From Delftia acidovorans NBRC 14950 (GTDB taxonomy: Bacteria > Pseudomonadota > Gammaproteobacteria > Burkholderiales > Burkholderiaceae_C), in NCBI RefSeq assembly GCF_001598795.1, contig NZ_BCZP01000006.1, positions 90,001-122,000 on the forward strand: 32,000 nucleotides of DNA. The letters are read 5' to 3'. Below are positions 19,452 to 28,648 of the stretch, piece by piece. Every line of letters begins with the position of its first letter. Position 1 is the first letter of the stretch. The notes under the pieces were generated by a model. The model had not been told where the DNA came from and searched no databases. It was given only the letters and a program-made list of their open reading frames with translations. Both the position numbers and the translations under genes were made by a program.

Positions 19452-20596
19452 CGGCGTACTCGCGTGTACACGCCCACAGTCTGCTCCGTGCACTGATCCC
19501 AGGAAAACTGTGCGGCCCGAACCAGCCCCTTGGCCCGTGCTGAATCCTGCCACTGGGTATCGCTCAGGCAAGCCCTTAGCTGATACGCGATATCTTCCAC
19601 CTGCATCGGATCGGCCAGACGGGCTGCTCCTGCCGTAATTTCCGGCATGCAAGACGTGTTGGAGGTCAGAACCGGCACTCCGCTGGCCATCGCCTCAACC
19701 AAGGGCAGGCCAAATCCTTCATACAACGATGGATAGGCAAACAATAGCGCTCCGGCATACAGCAAGGGGAGCTGAGCTTGGTCCACAAAGCGCAGATAGT
19801 GCATCCACCCTTCGTCCTGAGCGATGACCATCTGCTGATGTATATCTTCCGAACTCCAGCCTTTCGAGCCAGCTACGACCAGGGGAAAGTTGTGCCTTAG
19901 CTCCAGCGGCAAACTGCCATAGGCCTTCAGCAGACGCCCCAGGTTCTTCCTGGGCTCGATCGTGCCCACATAGAGCGAATATCCGTGATATCGCAGCTTC
20001 CACTGCGAGAGCACATGCTCCACATCCTCCCTTGATCTGGGGTGGTACGCAGAATCGACGCCCAGACCGATCGCCGTCACGTTTTCAGGAGCCCAGTCAT
20101 AACGTTCGAGAAACTCCTGACGGACGGCTTCCGAATCGGTAATGACATGGTCCGTACGCCGCATGCTGGCGCCGAAGGCAAGATTCAGGAAATCGATCCG
20201 CGCTGGAGGATGAAACTGCGGATGCAGCACATGCGAGAGATCATGCACGGTGCTGACTGCCGCACCATCGAATGGAGGAACGACGTAGTTGGGAGAGTGG
20301 TACACGGCATGCTTGTTGCCACGTAGGCGCCATCCGTACAAGGTGGGCGTTATAGCCTGATAGGCACGGACGGCCAACCGATTAGACACCAGGCGGCCGC
20401 GCAATGTCATCCTTTCCTGAGCGGGGTGCTCCAGACCAGAAAAAGGATCACTCACCCAGCGCCCCATCGAAAAATACCGCAGCCGCCTGATACGAGAATT
20501 CACAGCCAAGCGCTTGGCCAACTCATAGCTGTATCGCCCAATCCCCGTCAGAGGGGGATTGAGGATATCGGTTGCCAAAATCACATCCAAGGTCAT
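19448..20596 (-). CDS. GT4-family glycosyltransferase (WbpZ/WbdC-like mannosyl/rhamnosyl-transferase candidate)
   Basis: ORF 19448..20599 starts at a TTG; the adjacent ATG at 20596-20594 is preferred. ILNPPLTGIGRYSYELAKRL N-terminus and EX7E motif YEGFGLPLVEAMASGVP. It is the last gene of the minus-strand operon, after rmd. Confidence 0.85.
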   Translation of the reverse strand: MTLDVILATDILNPPLTGIGRYSYELAKRLAVNSRIRRLRYFSMGRWVSDPFSGLEHPAQERMTLRGRLVSNRLAVRAYQAITPTLYGWRLRGNKHAVYHSPNYVVPPFDGAAVSTVHDLSHVLHPQFHPPARIDFLNLAFGASMRRTDHVITDSEAVRQEFLERYDWAPENVTAIGLGVDSAYHPRSREDVEHVLSQWKLRYHGYSLYVGTIEPRKNLGRLLKAYGSLPLELRHNFPLVVAGSKGWSSEDIHQQMVIAQDEGWMHYLRFVDQAQLPLLYAGALLFAYPSLYEGFGLPLVEAMASGVPVLTSNTSCMPEITAGAARLADPMQVEDIAYQLRACLSDTQWQDSARAKGLVRAAQFSWDQCTEQTVGVYTRVRR

Positions 20597-20615
20597 CAAC
20601 TGCTTTCACATGAAG

Positions 20616-21521
20616 TCATGCAAGCATCCATTGCAGCGTCTCATCCAAAGGCCTCAGTGACCTAGTGCCGATCAGGCTTTCCAGCAAGCTGGTATCCGCG
20701 CACAGGGTTTTTACCTCGTTCGCCCGCACGAAGGCAGGATTCACACGAACTTGCAATCCATGGCCAGTGATCCGAATGCATTGATCCAAAATATCCTGCA
20801 GCGAAAAGAGTTTTTGTGAACCCACGTTGACCACATGGTTGGCTAAATTGCTTTCAGCCAACATTCGATAGGCACGTACCACGTCGCGAACATCGGAGAA
20901 ATCGCGCCAAACCTGGAGATTCCCCAGTTCGATCTGTGTTGCCCGACGGCGGAAATGGTCCACGATCTTGGGAATCAGGAAATCCCTGGACTGCCCGACT
21001 CCCGTGTAATTAAAGGGCCTGGCTATTGTGATGGGCAGCTTATCCATCCATATCCTGGCCATCATTTCCATCGCAGACTTGCTTACGGCATAGTCATTCG
21101 CCGGACACATGGGAGTAGCCTCGGTCAATTGGCCTTGCGCAGAATTGCCATAAACATTGGCACTGCTGGCAATCAACACGCTCTCCGGGACTTGCTCCTG
21201 GCTGGCAAGCGCTTGAAGCAGGTTTCGGGACCCACCCACATTGACTCGGTAGAAATCTGTCGGAGAGCCATGGCCAACAAAAGCGATGGCCGCTAGGTGA
21301 AACACGGCTTGCGGCGCAATGGCCTGCACGGCCTCTTGCAACTGGGTGTAATCCTCGAGATCGGCAACCCGATAGTTGGCCAGATCTGGCTGTTGCGTGT
21401 GGCCCAGCCCCCAGACCTCCCAGCCATGCTGCTCAAGCTCTTGCGTAAGGTAGCGTCCGGTAAAACCGGCCGCGCCGGTCACCAGGGCTCGCTTTTTTGC
21501 ACCGTTTTGCCGTTGATTCAT
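20616..21521 (-). CDS. rmd: GDP-4-keto-6-deoxy-D-mannose reductase (Rmd-like; a GDP-6-deoxy-D-talose synthase is an alternative)
   Basis: 301-aa short-chain dehydrogenase/reductase. Rossmann motif VTGAAGFTGRYL, catalytic YAVSK, and ARPFNYTGVGQ...WRDFSDVRDVVRAY, as I remember for Pseudomonas aeruginosa Rmd. It lies immediately downstream of gmd. Confidence 0.75.
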   Translation of the reverse strand: MNQRQNGAKKRALVTGAAGFTGRYLTQELEQHGWEVWGLGHTQQPDLANYRVADLEDYTQLQEAVQAIAPQAVFHLAAIAFVGHGSPTDFYRVNVGGSRNLLQALASQEQVPESVLIASSANVYGNSAQGQLTEATPMCPANDYAVSKSAMEMMARIWMDKLPITIARPFNYTGVGQSRDFLIPKIVDHFRRRATQIELGNLQVWRDFSDVRDVVRAYRMLAESNLANHVVNVGSQKLFSLQDILDQCIRITGHGLQVRVNPAFVRANEVKTLCADTSLLESLIGTRSLRPLDETLQWMLA

Positions 21522-21540
21522 AAGTTACCCACGGGGTCCG

Positions 21541-22608
<1,068 letters not shown>

Positions 22609-22708
22609 TCATCATTTAGAAAGGAACTGAAATACAACTTCACCCTGCCAGCATCAAAAGGCGAATATATTTCCAAGATTCCATCCAAAAAATCAATCAC
22701 CCTTGTTT

Positions 22709-23854
22709 TCAGAAATTATCATCAATATGTGCAATCGCATCCGACACCTTGCCGATCACCTCATCAATTTCAGCCTCAAGTCCGACCCAAAGAGGCAGCC
22801 TTACCAATCTATCTGAATACTGATCAGTTATATCCATATCTCCGTGATAGCGGCTGAAATCTCTTGCAGCCGGCGCTGAGTGGAGAGGAACATAGTGAAA
22901 AACCGAACCAATACCCTGCGATTTCAAATAGCTTATGAAAGCTGCTCTTTTATCAAGACTGGGAAGCAGGACATAATACATGTGCGCGTTATGTATACAC
23001 ATATCGGGCACAACCGGCCGTCTCAATCTTCCATTTCTCTCAAAAACCTCGAAGGCTGAATTATATCTATTCCACAACGCAATTCTACGGCTGTTGATAT
23101 CTTCCCCCGCCTCCATCTGAGCCCATAGAAACGCAGCTATCAATTCACCGGGCAAGAAACTTGAACCGAGGTCACACCAGGTGTATTTATCAACCTGTCC
23201 ACGAAAGAACTGACTACGGTTGGTTCCTTTTTCGCGAATTATTTCTGCGCGCTGCACAAGCTCAGGATCATTGATGAGCAAGGCACCGCCTTCCCCTGAG
23301 ATAATATTCTTTGTTTCGTGAAAACTGAGGCAACCCAGATGGCCTATGGAACCAAGAGGACGTCCTTTATATTTGGACATGATACCTTGAGCCGCATCCT
23401 CGATGACTATCAAGTCATGGCGCTTGGCAATCTCCATGATGGTATCCATCTCACAAGCGACTCCTGCGTAATGGACTGGAATGATGGCCTTGGTTCGAGG
23501 TGTAATAGCTGCCTCGATGAGGTTTTCATCAATGTTCAGGGTATCCGGCCTTATATCGACAAAAACGGGAACTGCTCCTCTTAACACAAAAGCATTTGCC
23601 GTGGAAACAAATGTATAGGATGGCATGATCACCTCATCGCCCGGTCCTAAATTTGCCAGCAGGGCAGCCATTTCCAAGGCAGCCGTGCAGGAATGTGTTA
23701 GAAGCGCCTTTTTACAGCCGATACTAGATTCCAGCCAACGAGAGCACGATTTTGTAAAAAATCCATCACCGGCCAAATGGCCGTTTGAATGTGCCTGAGC
23801 AATATACCAAAGCTCTTTGCCAGTCATGTATGGCTTATTAAATGGAATATTCAT
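22709..23854 (-). CDS. DegT/DnrJ/EryC1-family PLP aminotransferase, WecE-like (NDP-4-keto-6-deoxyhexose 4-aminotransferase)
   Basis: 381 aa. Long stretches match my memory of E. coli WecE: VIMPSYTFVSTANAFVLRGA, PVHYAGVACEMDTIM, IEDAAQG, SFHETKN (PLP lysine) and EIIREKGTNRSQFFRGQVDKYTW. This is not a computed alignment. Confidence 0.88.
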   Translation of the reverse strand: MNIPFNKPYMTGKELWYIAQAHSNGHLAGDGFFTKSCSRWLESSIGCKKALLTHSCTAALEMAALLANLGPGDEVIMPSYTFVSTANAFVLRGAVPVFVDIRPDTLNIDENLIEAAITPRTKAIIPVHYAGVACEMDTIMEIAKRHDLIVIEDAAQGIMSKYKGRPLGSIGHLGCLSFHETKNIISGEGGALLINDPELVQRAEIIREKGTNRSQFFRGQVDKYTWCDLGSSFLPGELIAAFLWAQMEAGEDINSRRIALWNRYNSAFEVFERNGRLRRPVVPDMCIHNAHMYYVLLPSLDKRAAFISYLKSQGIGSVFHYVPLHSAPAARDFSRYHGDMDITDQYSDRLVRLPLWVGLEAEIDEVIGKVSDAIAHIDDNF

Positions 23855-23964
23855 TTACCACGCTCCGTAATCTAATGCATACAAGGGAAAAACTCCCTTA
23901 TCTTCAAAATTCGCAGATCCCTTGTCTATTTAGATTCTACATGGCTTTCCCGCAACTCAAAATG

Positions 23965-24342
23965 CTAGCCACGCGAAAGCACCAACACACCAGCAACAAT
24001 TAGCAGGCTTCCCAGAATTTTTGAAAGAGTGATTGCCTCATGAAAAAGAACAAATCCCATAAAAAGAATCAGAACATAGTTCAATGCGACGAACGGATAA
24101 GCATAGCTCAACTCAAATTTCGTCATTGCCATCATCCAGGAAACGCCTGCCATAAAAGTGGCCAGCATACCTGAAATTACCCAGGGGTTTATCAGAAGAT
24201 TGAATATAAATAAAAACTTCCCCTTCAATGAGTCGGGCAACTCTCCTGCCGCCGTCACCTGCCAGCGCATCACCAATTGGCTGTATACCGTAAATACCAG
24301 CATCAGGAGAATATACAAATGATTTAGCAGGGATTTATTCAT
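23965..24342 (-). CDS. Small 4-TM DMT/EamA-half protein, ArnE/ArnF-like candidate flippase for a polyprenyl-phosphate sugar
   Basis: 125 aa with four hydrophobic segments. The C-terminal ITLSKILGSLLIVAGVLVLS is typical of EamA/SMR-like helices. It sits between the acyltransferase and aminotransferase genes. Confidence 0.6.
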   Translation of the reverse strand: MNKSLLNHLYILLMLVFTVYSQLVMRWQVTAAGELPDSLKGKFLFIFNLLINPWVISGMLATFMAGVSWMMAMTKFELSYAYPFVALNYVLILFMGFVLFHEAITLSKILGSLLIVAGVLVLSRG

Positions 24343-24364
24343 CAGTATCGTTGAATATTCAAAT

Positions 24365-24946
24365 TCATTTTAGGGATGAAATATATGCGTCTTCCTTCTC
24401 AAGCAAATCCCGGCTGCGGGCCTTGATTCGCTTCGCAGGATTACCGATATATATCGACCATTCTTCAGTAGACTTGGTTACCACAGACATCGCACCAACA
24501 GCACATCCTTCAGACAAATTAACTCCAGGGAAAATGACCGACCTAGTCCCGACAATCACATGTCTGCCAAGCGACACCCTACCTCGGGCTATTTTCCTAT
24601 ATTCCATCGAAACTGTTGGATTCGTCAAATGCGCACCCGTGTAATCATCCGATTGGCAGAATATGCAAGCACCAAATGCCAGCCCGGAAAAATCTCCGAA
24701 GTTCACTCCTTCCCGACCACCAATCACAAGGCTCGAATGCGCCAGATGGACATTGTTACCAAACTCAATAGCCCCAGAAATCACGCAAAAATCATCAATA
24801 ATCACCCGATTCTTGATCGAGGTATATTTTGCATCGTATATCCTGGCAGTCCTGGCAATTTTTACATTATCCCCGACGGACAAGAATCCCATAGCCAATA
24901 CCTCAGAGCGACTGAGATATCTAGACAGATCATTACTCATGGTCAT
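24365..24946 (-). CDS. Left-handed beta-helix (hexapeptide-repeat) acyltransferase
   Basis: 193 aa. Imperfect hexapeptide repeats (IIDDFCVISGAIEFGNNVHLAHSSLVIGG..., VSLGRHVIVGTRSVIFPGVNLSEGCAVGAMSVV) and a C-terminal IYIGNPAKRIK. Its start (24946 or 24940) overlaps the 3' end of the GT2 gene. Confidence 0.8.
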   Translation of the reverse strand: MTMSNDLSRYLSRSEVLAMGFLSVGDNVKIARTARIYDAKYTSIKNRVIIDDFCVISGAIEFGNNVHLAHSSLVIGGREGVNFGDFSGLAFGACIFCQSDDYTGAHLTNPTVSMEYRKIARGRVSLGRHVIVGTRSVIFPGVNLSEGCAVGAMSVVTKSTEEWSIYIGNPAKRIKARSRDLLEKEDAYISSLK

Positions 24947-25868
24947 CTCCGAAATTAAAAATCTCTCTGATTATTGAATTAGGCCGTGCCTTCACCTCAA
25001 CAAACACTTTCGCGATGTAGATGCCGACCACACCAATGGAAGCCAATGTCAATCCACCGAGAATCCATATCGACAGAATCAGAGATGTCCACCCCGTCAG
25101 GTAGTTTCCGACAAACACCGATTCCAAAAAAACAATCAATGCGCAAATCATTGATACAAAAAATATCCCGACCCCGATGAAAAAAATGAAATGGAGTGGT
25201 TTTGCAGAGAATGAGGTTATTGCACTAATCAGTAATGACAGTCTTCGACCCAAGGTGTACGATGTCTCTCCACGGGATTTCTTTGTTACGGACAGTGCCT
25301 TCTGGCGAAACCCGGTAATCTGCATGACTCCACCAAGGAACAAGTCCTTTTCTTCATGCAAAATCAGTGCATTCACATAATCTCTGCTCATTAACCGGGC
25401 AGTCAAAATATTGCGAGGGAGCTCGATACCAGACAAACGGTTAAACCCTGCATAGAAAATGGCGCCGCCGACTTTCTCAACAAATCCGCCTTTTCTCTCT
25501 GCCTGAACTCCATACACGACATCCATACCCAAATGGCGTTTTTCGCGGTCAAATTCCAACAGCAATTCTGGAGCCTCTTCTAGATCACAGTCGATCAAAA
25601 AGACATCATCTCCCCTGGATTGCTGCAGCCCGGCCATGATGGCTTTATGGTGTCCGAAATTTCTAGAAAGATCCACGACTGTCACGCGTGGATTTTCCTT
25701 TGCTATTTCCAGAACCACATCCAATACATTGTCAGGAGATCCATCATTTATCATGATAATCTCGTAGTCATCTCCTGCAATATTTCTCACCGCGGCCAGA
25801 GCTCTTTCATAGAACTCATTAATCCACCCCGATGATTTATACAATGTTGTTACAACTGATATTTTCAT
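24933..25868 (-). CDS. GT2 polyprenyl-phosphate glycosyltransferase (ArnC/GtrB/Dpm1-like) with two C-terminal TM helices
   Basis: 311 aa. KISVVTTLYKS, INDGSPD and DXD in FLIDCDLEE. The C-terminus has two hydrophobic helices (LHFIFFIGVGIFFVSMICALIVF and LILSIWILGGLTLASIGVVGIYI), the architecture of Und-P sugar synthases. TGATG overlap with the wbqC-like gene at 25866-25870. Confidence 0.85.
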   Translation of the reverse strand: MKISVVTTLYKSSGWINEFYERALAAVRNIAGDDYEIIMINDGSPDNVLDVVLEIAKENPRVTVVDLSRNFGHHKAIMAGLQQSRGDDVFLIDCDLEEAPELLLEFDREKRHLGMDVVYGVQAERKGGFVEKVGGAIFYAGFNRLSGIELPRNILTARLMSRDYVNALILHEEKDLFLGGVMQITGFRQKALSVTKKSRGETSYTLGRRLSLLISAITSFSAKPLHFIFFIGVGIFFVSMICALIVFLESVFVGNYLTGWTSLILSIWILGGLTLASIGVVGIYIAKVFVEVKARPNSIIREIFNFGDDHE

Positions 25869-26551
25869 CAGCCAAGCCTTCTAATATATTTGGCAGAATC
25901 TTTGCCGCAATTGAACAATAGATCCAATATCGAGACCTGATGCTGAAAATCACCCCATAGCTGAGGATACTCGGGATATTCTCCGTAGCTGAACCACGTA
26001 AGGTCTAATTTGTGGTCTTGAAAAATAGATTCTTCAATATAGCTCTTCGCAGACGGGCCGGAAACATATTCACTGCCGGAGGCCTGAATGCATATATTAG
26101 CAAGCCGCTCTACCCGATCGCCTACCAATTCATACTGAGAAGAGTCTGACAACTTTGTACCAATTCCAATAAAATCACAAATCTCACGAATGAATTTTTG
26201 ATTCATCTGGGACAGATTCTCATATTTTGAATCGAGATACAGAGGCTCCAAGAATTCTGCGATAACGTCAAAATTCTTCGCACGACGATAGTTCGATGAC
26301 AATGTTTTCCAGTGCTTTTTTTGCCAAGCATCATCTATCGTGACATCACATATGCGACGATCCAGATGAATGCCTACGGGTACAGTCAACCAACTCAGTC
26401 CCTGAGGGGTTTTAATCTTGTTTCTATTCCTCCAGTCATTCTTGGTGTACTGGACTTGGTCGTAAAACACAAACTCATCAACCGAATCGATTAAATCGAA
26501 ATATCCCTTCCAAGGGATATAGTTGGATTGGAGAATAGCAATTTTTTTCAT
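25868..26551 (-). CDS. WbqC-like family protein (function unknown)
   Basis: 227 aa. KIAILQSNYIPWKGYFDLIDSVDEFVFYDQVQYTKNDWRNRNKIKTPQGLSWLTVPV matches my recollection of the WbqC family N-terminal signature. It is the first gene after the 367-nt gap. Confidence 0.7.
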   Translation of the reverse strand: MKKIAILQSNYIPWKGYFDLIDSVDEFVFYDQVQYTKNDWRNRNKIKTPQGLSWLTVPVGIHLDRRICDVTIDDAWQKKHWKTLSSNYRRAKNFDVIAEFLEPLYLDSKYENLSQMNQKFIREICDFIGIGTKLSDSSQYELVGDRVERLANICIQASGSEYVSGPSAKSYIEESIFQDHKLDLTWFSYGEYPEYPQLWGDFQHQVSILDLLFNCGKDSAKYIRRLG

Positions 26552-26626
26552 TCTACAAGAATCCTATACCAATCATTTTTTTATTCTTCGATAATATTAA
26601 GCAGAGTTTCTGCAAGCCCAGGACAT

Positions 26627-26659
26627 TTCGACACGTGTTATGACGCTTCGACAATTGTC
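26627..26659. promoter_or_regulatory. Two palindromes (ACACGTGT and GACAATTGTC), each preceded by TTCGACA and 20 bp apart; candidate regulator-binding sites
   Basis: TTCGACA at 26627-26633 and at 26647-26653. ACACGTGT at 26631-26638 and GACAATTGTC at 26650-26659. On the transcribed (minus) strand the second palindrome contains TTGACA (26661-26656), but I found no convincing -10 element. Confidence 0.25.
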
Positions 26660-26918
26660 AAAATACATCTTATTCATGCGTGAAACCGGGGAGCGTTTAA
26701 CAAACAGATGTATCTGAGCTCATCATATTTCCTAGCGCGTCTCTTTCTCTTTCGTACTAATTGTAAAACTTTTTTCTTCAAATATTCTAATATCAGCCAC
26801 TAATTCTATGTCATTGTCACTGCACTAATGAAATGACCATGACTAACGCAGGCAGTACATCAAATTACTCAACCATCCCCCACCAAATTTAGGACAATCT
26901 TCCAGTTAGAATAATCCT

Positions 26919-27422
26919 TCATTGAGTATAGTAAATCTTGTGAAATCTAAATCCTAAATCTCTAGAATCACCCGGAACACTCGCTGTTACAGGCAGATTA
27001 ATTTGAGCACAAAGTATCCGTTTATTTCCCTGCCCAATACTCACGGGCATAGCCAAGGTACATGCGGCCTTCTCACAGATCCTGTCTACGGATTGCGTGC
27101 CATTTTTCAGAGAAATAGGTTGATTCACCAATCCATCAATCAGAGTTACAACAAGCGAAACTTCTGCGTGCTGAGTTGTGTTGTTGACTTTTGGATACAC
27201 AAAGCAAATTTTCGGATCCCGCTTTTCTGACCATCGATATCCTTCTTCTGTGCCAGAGAATCCATGGAATTTTATTCTCTTATCTTCATTCCGCCAGTCT
27301 ACAGACTCCTCGGACTGAAGAGGTGTTGTCATGCTCAGAAAATAATCATCCTGCGTTTTTCTGCCAAAAAGAACAAGGACAATCCAGATGAGAACAAGTC
27401 CTAACGAAAAAAACAATCTCAT
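26919..27422 (-). CDS. Hypothetical membrane-anchored protein with a predicted periplasmic domain (167 aa)
   Basis: ORF 26919..27431 starts at a TTG. The ATG at 27422-27420 forms an ATGA overlap with the stop of the upstream GT-C gene. It has one N-terminal TM helix (LFFSLGLVLIWIVLVLFG). A ~140-aa soluble part follows, with GFSGTEEGYRWSE...DSRDLGFRFHKIYY. Confidence 0.6.
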   Translation of the reverse strand: MRLFFSLGLVLIWIVLVLFGRKTQDDYFLSMTTPLQSEESVDWRNEDKRIKFHGFSGTEEGYRWSEKRDPKICFVYPKVNNTTQHAEVSLVVTLIDGLVNQPISLKNGTQSVDRICEKAACTLAMPVSIGQGNKRILCAQINLPVTASVPGDSRDLGFRFHKIYYTQ

Positions 27423-28648
27423 GATATCCAAACGCCGTTCAATTGAGCTATCCCATATATAGTAAAAAGATACAGCCCAGCGAAAAATATCATTAGCATA
27501 AGAAATGCACCAAGCATTGCGACGAACCTTCTATATACGGATCTAGAGCTTTTCTCACAACCAATAATCCAATTGACAAATTCGCCCAGAATAATTGGGA
27601 AAACAATTATATAAGGATTCAAAAATACGGTATGTCGACCAAAATTAAAAACAGATCCTGTAATCAGACCAAATACCGTCATAAGTAGATAAAAGCAAAA
27701 TATCTGCCACATTCCCTTTTTAAGGAAAATATGAAAACTCAAACCCAAGAGGATTACATTTAACAAAAAAACCAATGGACCCAATCTAATTGGGTCAATC
27801 CAAAATTTAATCCCAAGAATGGAGTCCGGTGTCGATATCAAATTAGATGCAGAGGAAACAATATGACTCAAAAATTGGAAGCCGCTCAAGTTATTGTTAT
27901 GTATACTCCAAGCCGAAATAGCATTCACATAGACCAGAGAATCTCCAAACTTTATATAGTAAAATAAAGTTAATAACATCGGCGCTATCAATACCACGGG
28001 AAATAGATTAATCAGCCGTACGATAGAGCGCAAAGCTGTAGAGCCCCATTCCTTTTCTGTATCGTCTACGCGCTCAGACATATATATTGCGGCACAAAGC
28101 AAAGGAATGAGGAGGATTGCGTGAGGCCTGGTAATCAATCCCAGTGACAAGATAGTGGACGCTATCAAAAACTTTTCTTTCCCAATAAAATAAACAAATG
28201 CAGCCAAAATTGGAAAAAATAGCGCCTCCGAATATCCATTGAAATAATAGATAGCATAAGGATTGAATCCCAGAAGCAAAACCGCCATCAATGAGCACCG
28301 GGGACCTATTCTTTCCACTAGATATCTAAACAGAAATATACCACCCGCTAAAAATGCAAGCGCAGATGCCAAAAACTGGGAAGCAACATAACTCAATCCC
28401 AAAGTTTTTTTCAAAAGTGAAATAAGAATCGGATATCCAGGTAAAAAAGCCAAATTGCTTTGCTTATCAATGTTCCCATCAAATTGATACCCAAGTTCTG
28501 CAATTCCTCTGTACCAGCCACCATCCCATTTAAAAGGCATCAGGCCCGTGCTAATCCACAATATAGAAAAGTAAAAAATGGGAAGGCATAGAACTACAGC
28601 CAGCAATTCATAATAGCCATCGCCTCTCTTATCAGGAGAGCTTTTCAT
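27419..28648 (-). CDS. Polytopic GT-C membrane glycosyltransferase candidate, PIG-V/Gpi18 (GT76)-like
   Basis: 409 aa with roughly 10 or more hydrophobic segments. The first-loop motif WDGGWYRGIAELGY...LAFLPGYP parallels the PIG-V signature as I remember it (WDAEHFLxIAEHGY...AFFPGFP). ATGA overlaps at both ends (28645-28648 and 27419-27422). Confidence 0.65.
   Translation of the reverse strand: MKSSPDKRGDGYYELLAVVLCLPIFYFSILWISTGLMPFKWDGGWYRGIAELGYQFDGNIDKQSNLAFLPGYPILISLLKKTLGLSYVASQFLASALAFLAGGIFLFRYLVERIGPRCSLMAVLLLGFNPYAIYYFNGYSEALFFPILAAFVYFIGKEKFLIASTILSLGLITRPHAILLIPLLCAAIYMSERVDDTEKEWGSTALRSIVRLINLFPVVLIAPMLLTLFYYIKFGDSLVYVNAISAWSIHNNNLSGFQFLSHIVSSASNLISTPDSILGIKFWIDPIRLGPLVFLLNVILLGLSFHIFLKKGMWQIFCFYLLMTVFGLITGSVFNFGRHTVFLNPYIIVFPIILGEFVNWIIGCEKSSRSVYRRFVAMLGAFLMLMIFFAGLYLFTIYGIAQLNGVWIS

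Noticed and set aside
23883-23899. Hairpin AAGGGA-aaaac-TCCCTT between the 4-TM gene and the aminotransferase gene, considered as a terminator.
   Set aside because: The stem is only 6 bp and AT-poor, and no U-tract follows on the transcribed (minus) strand. It is not distinguishable from chance in AT-rich DNA.
24351-24977. Plus-strand ORFs of 97-132 aa (24351..24644, 24560..24958, 24663..24977), and similar short ORFs at 27003..27391 and 30690..31480.
   Set aside because: All are antisense to well-supported minus-strand genes, have no motifs, and lack ribosome-binding sites.
26552-26918. JUMPstart/ops (GGCGGTAG) antitermination element in the internal gap of the glycan operon.
   Set aside because: I scanned by eye for GGCGGTAG and its complement CTACCGCC and saw neither. 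I also saw none in the 22576-22708 or 23855-23964 spacers.
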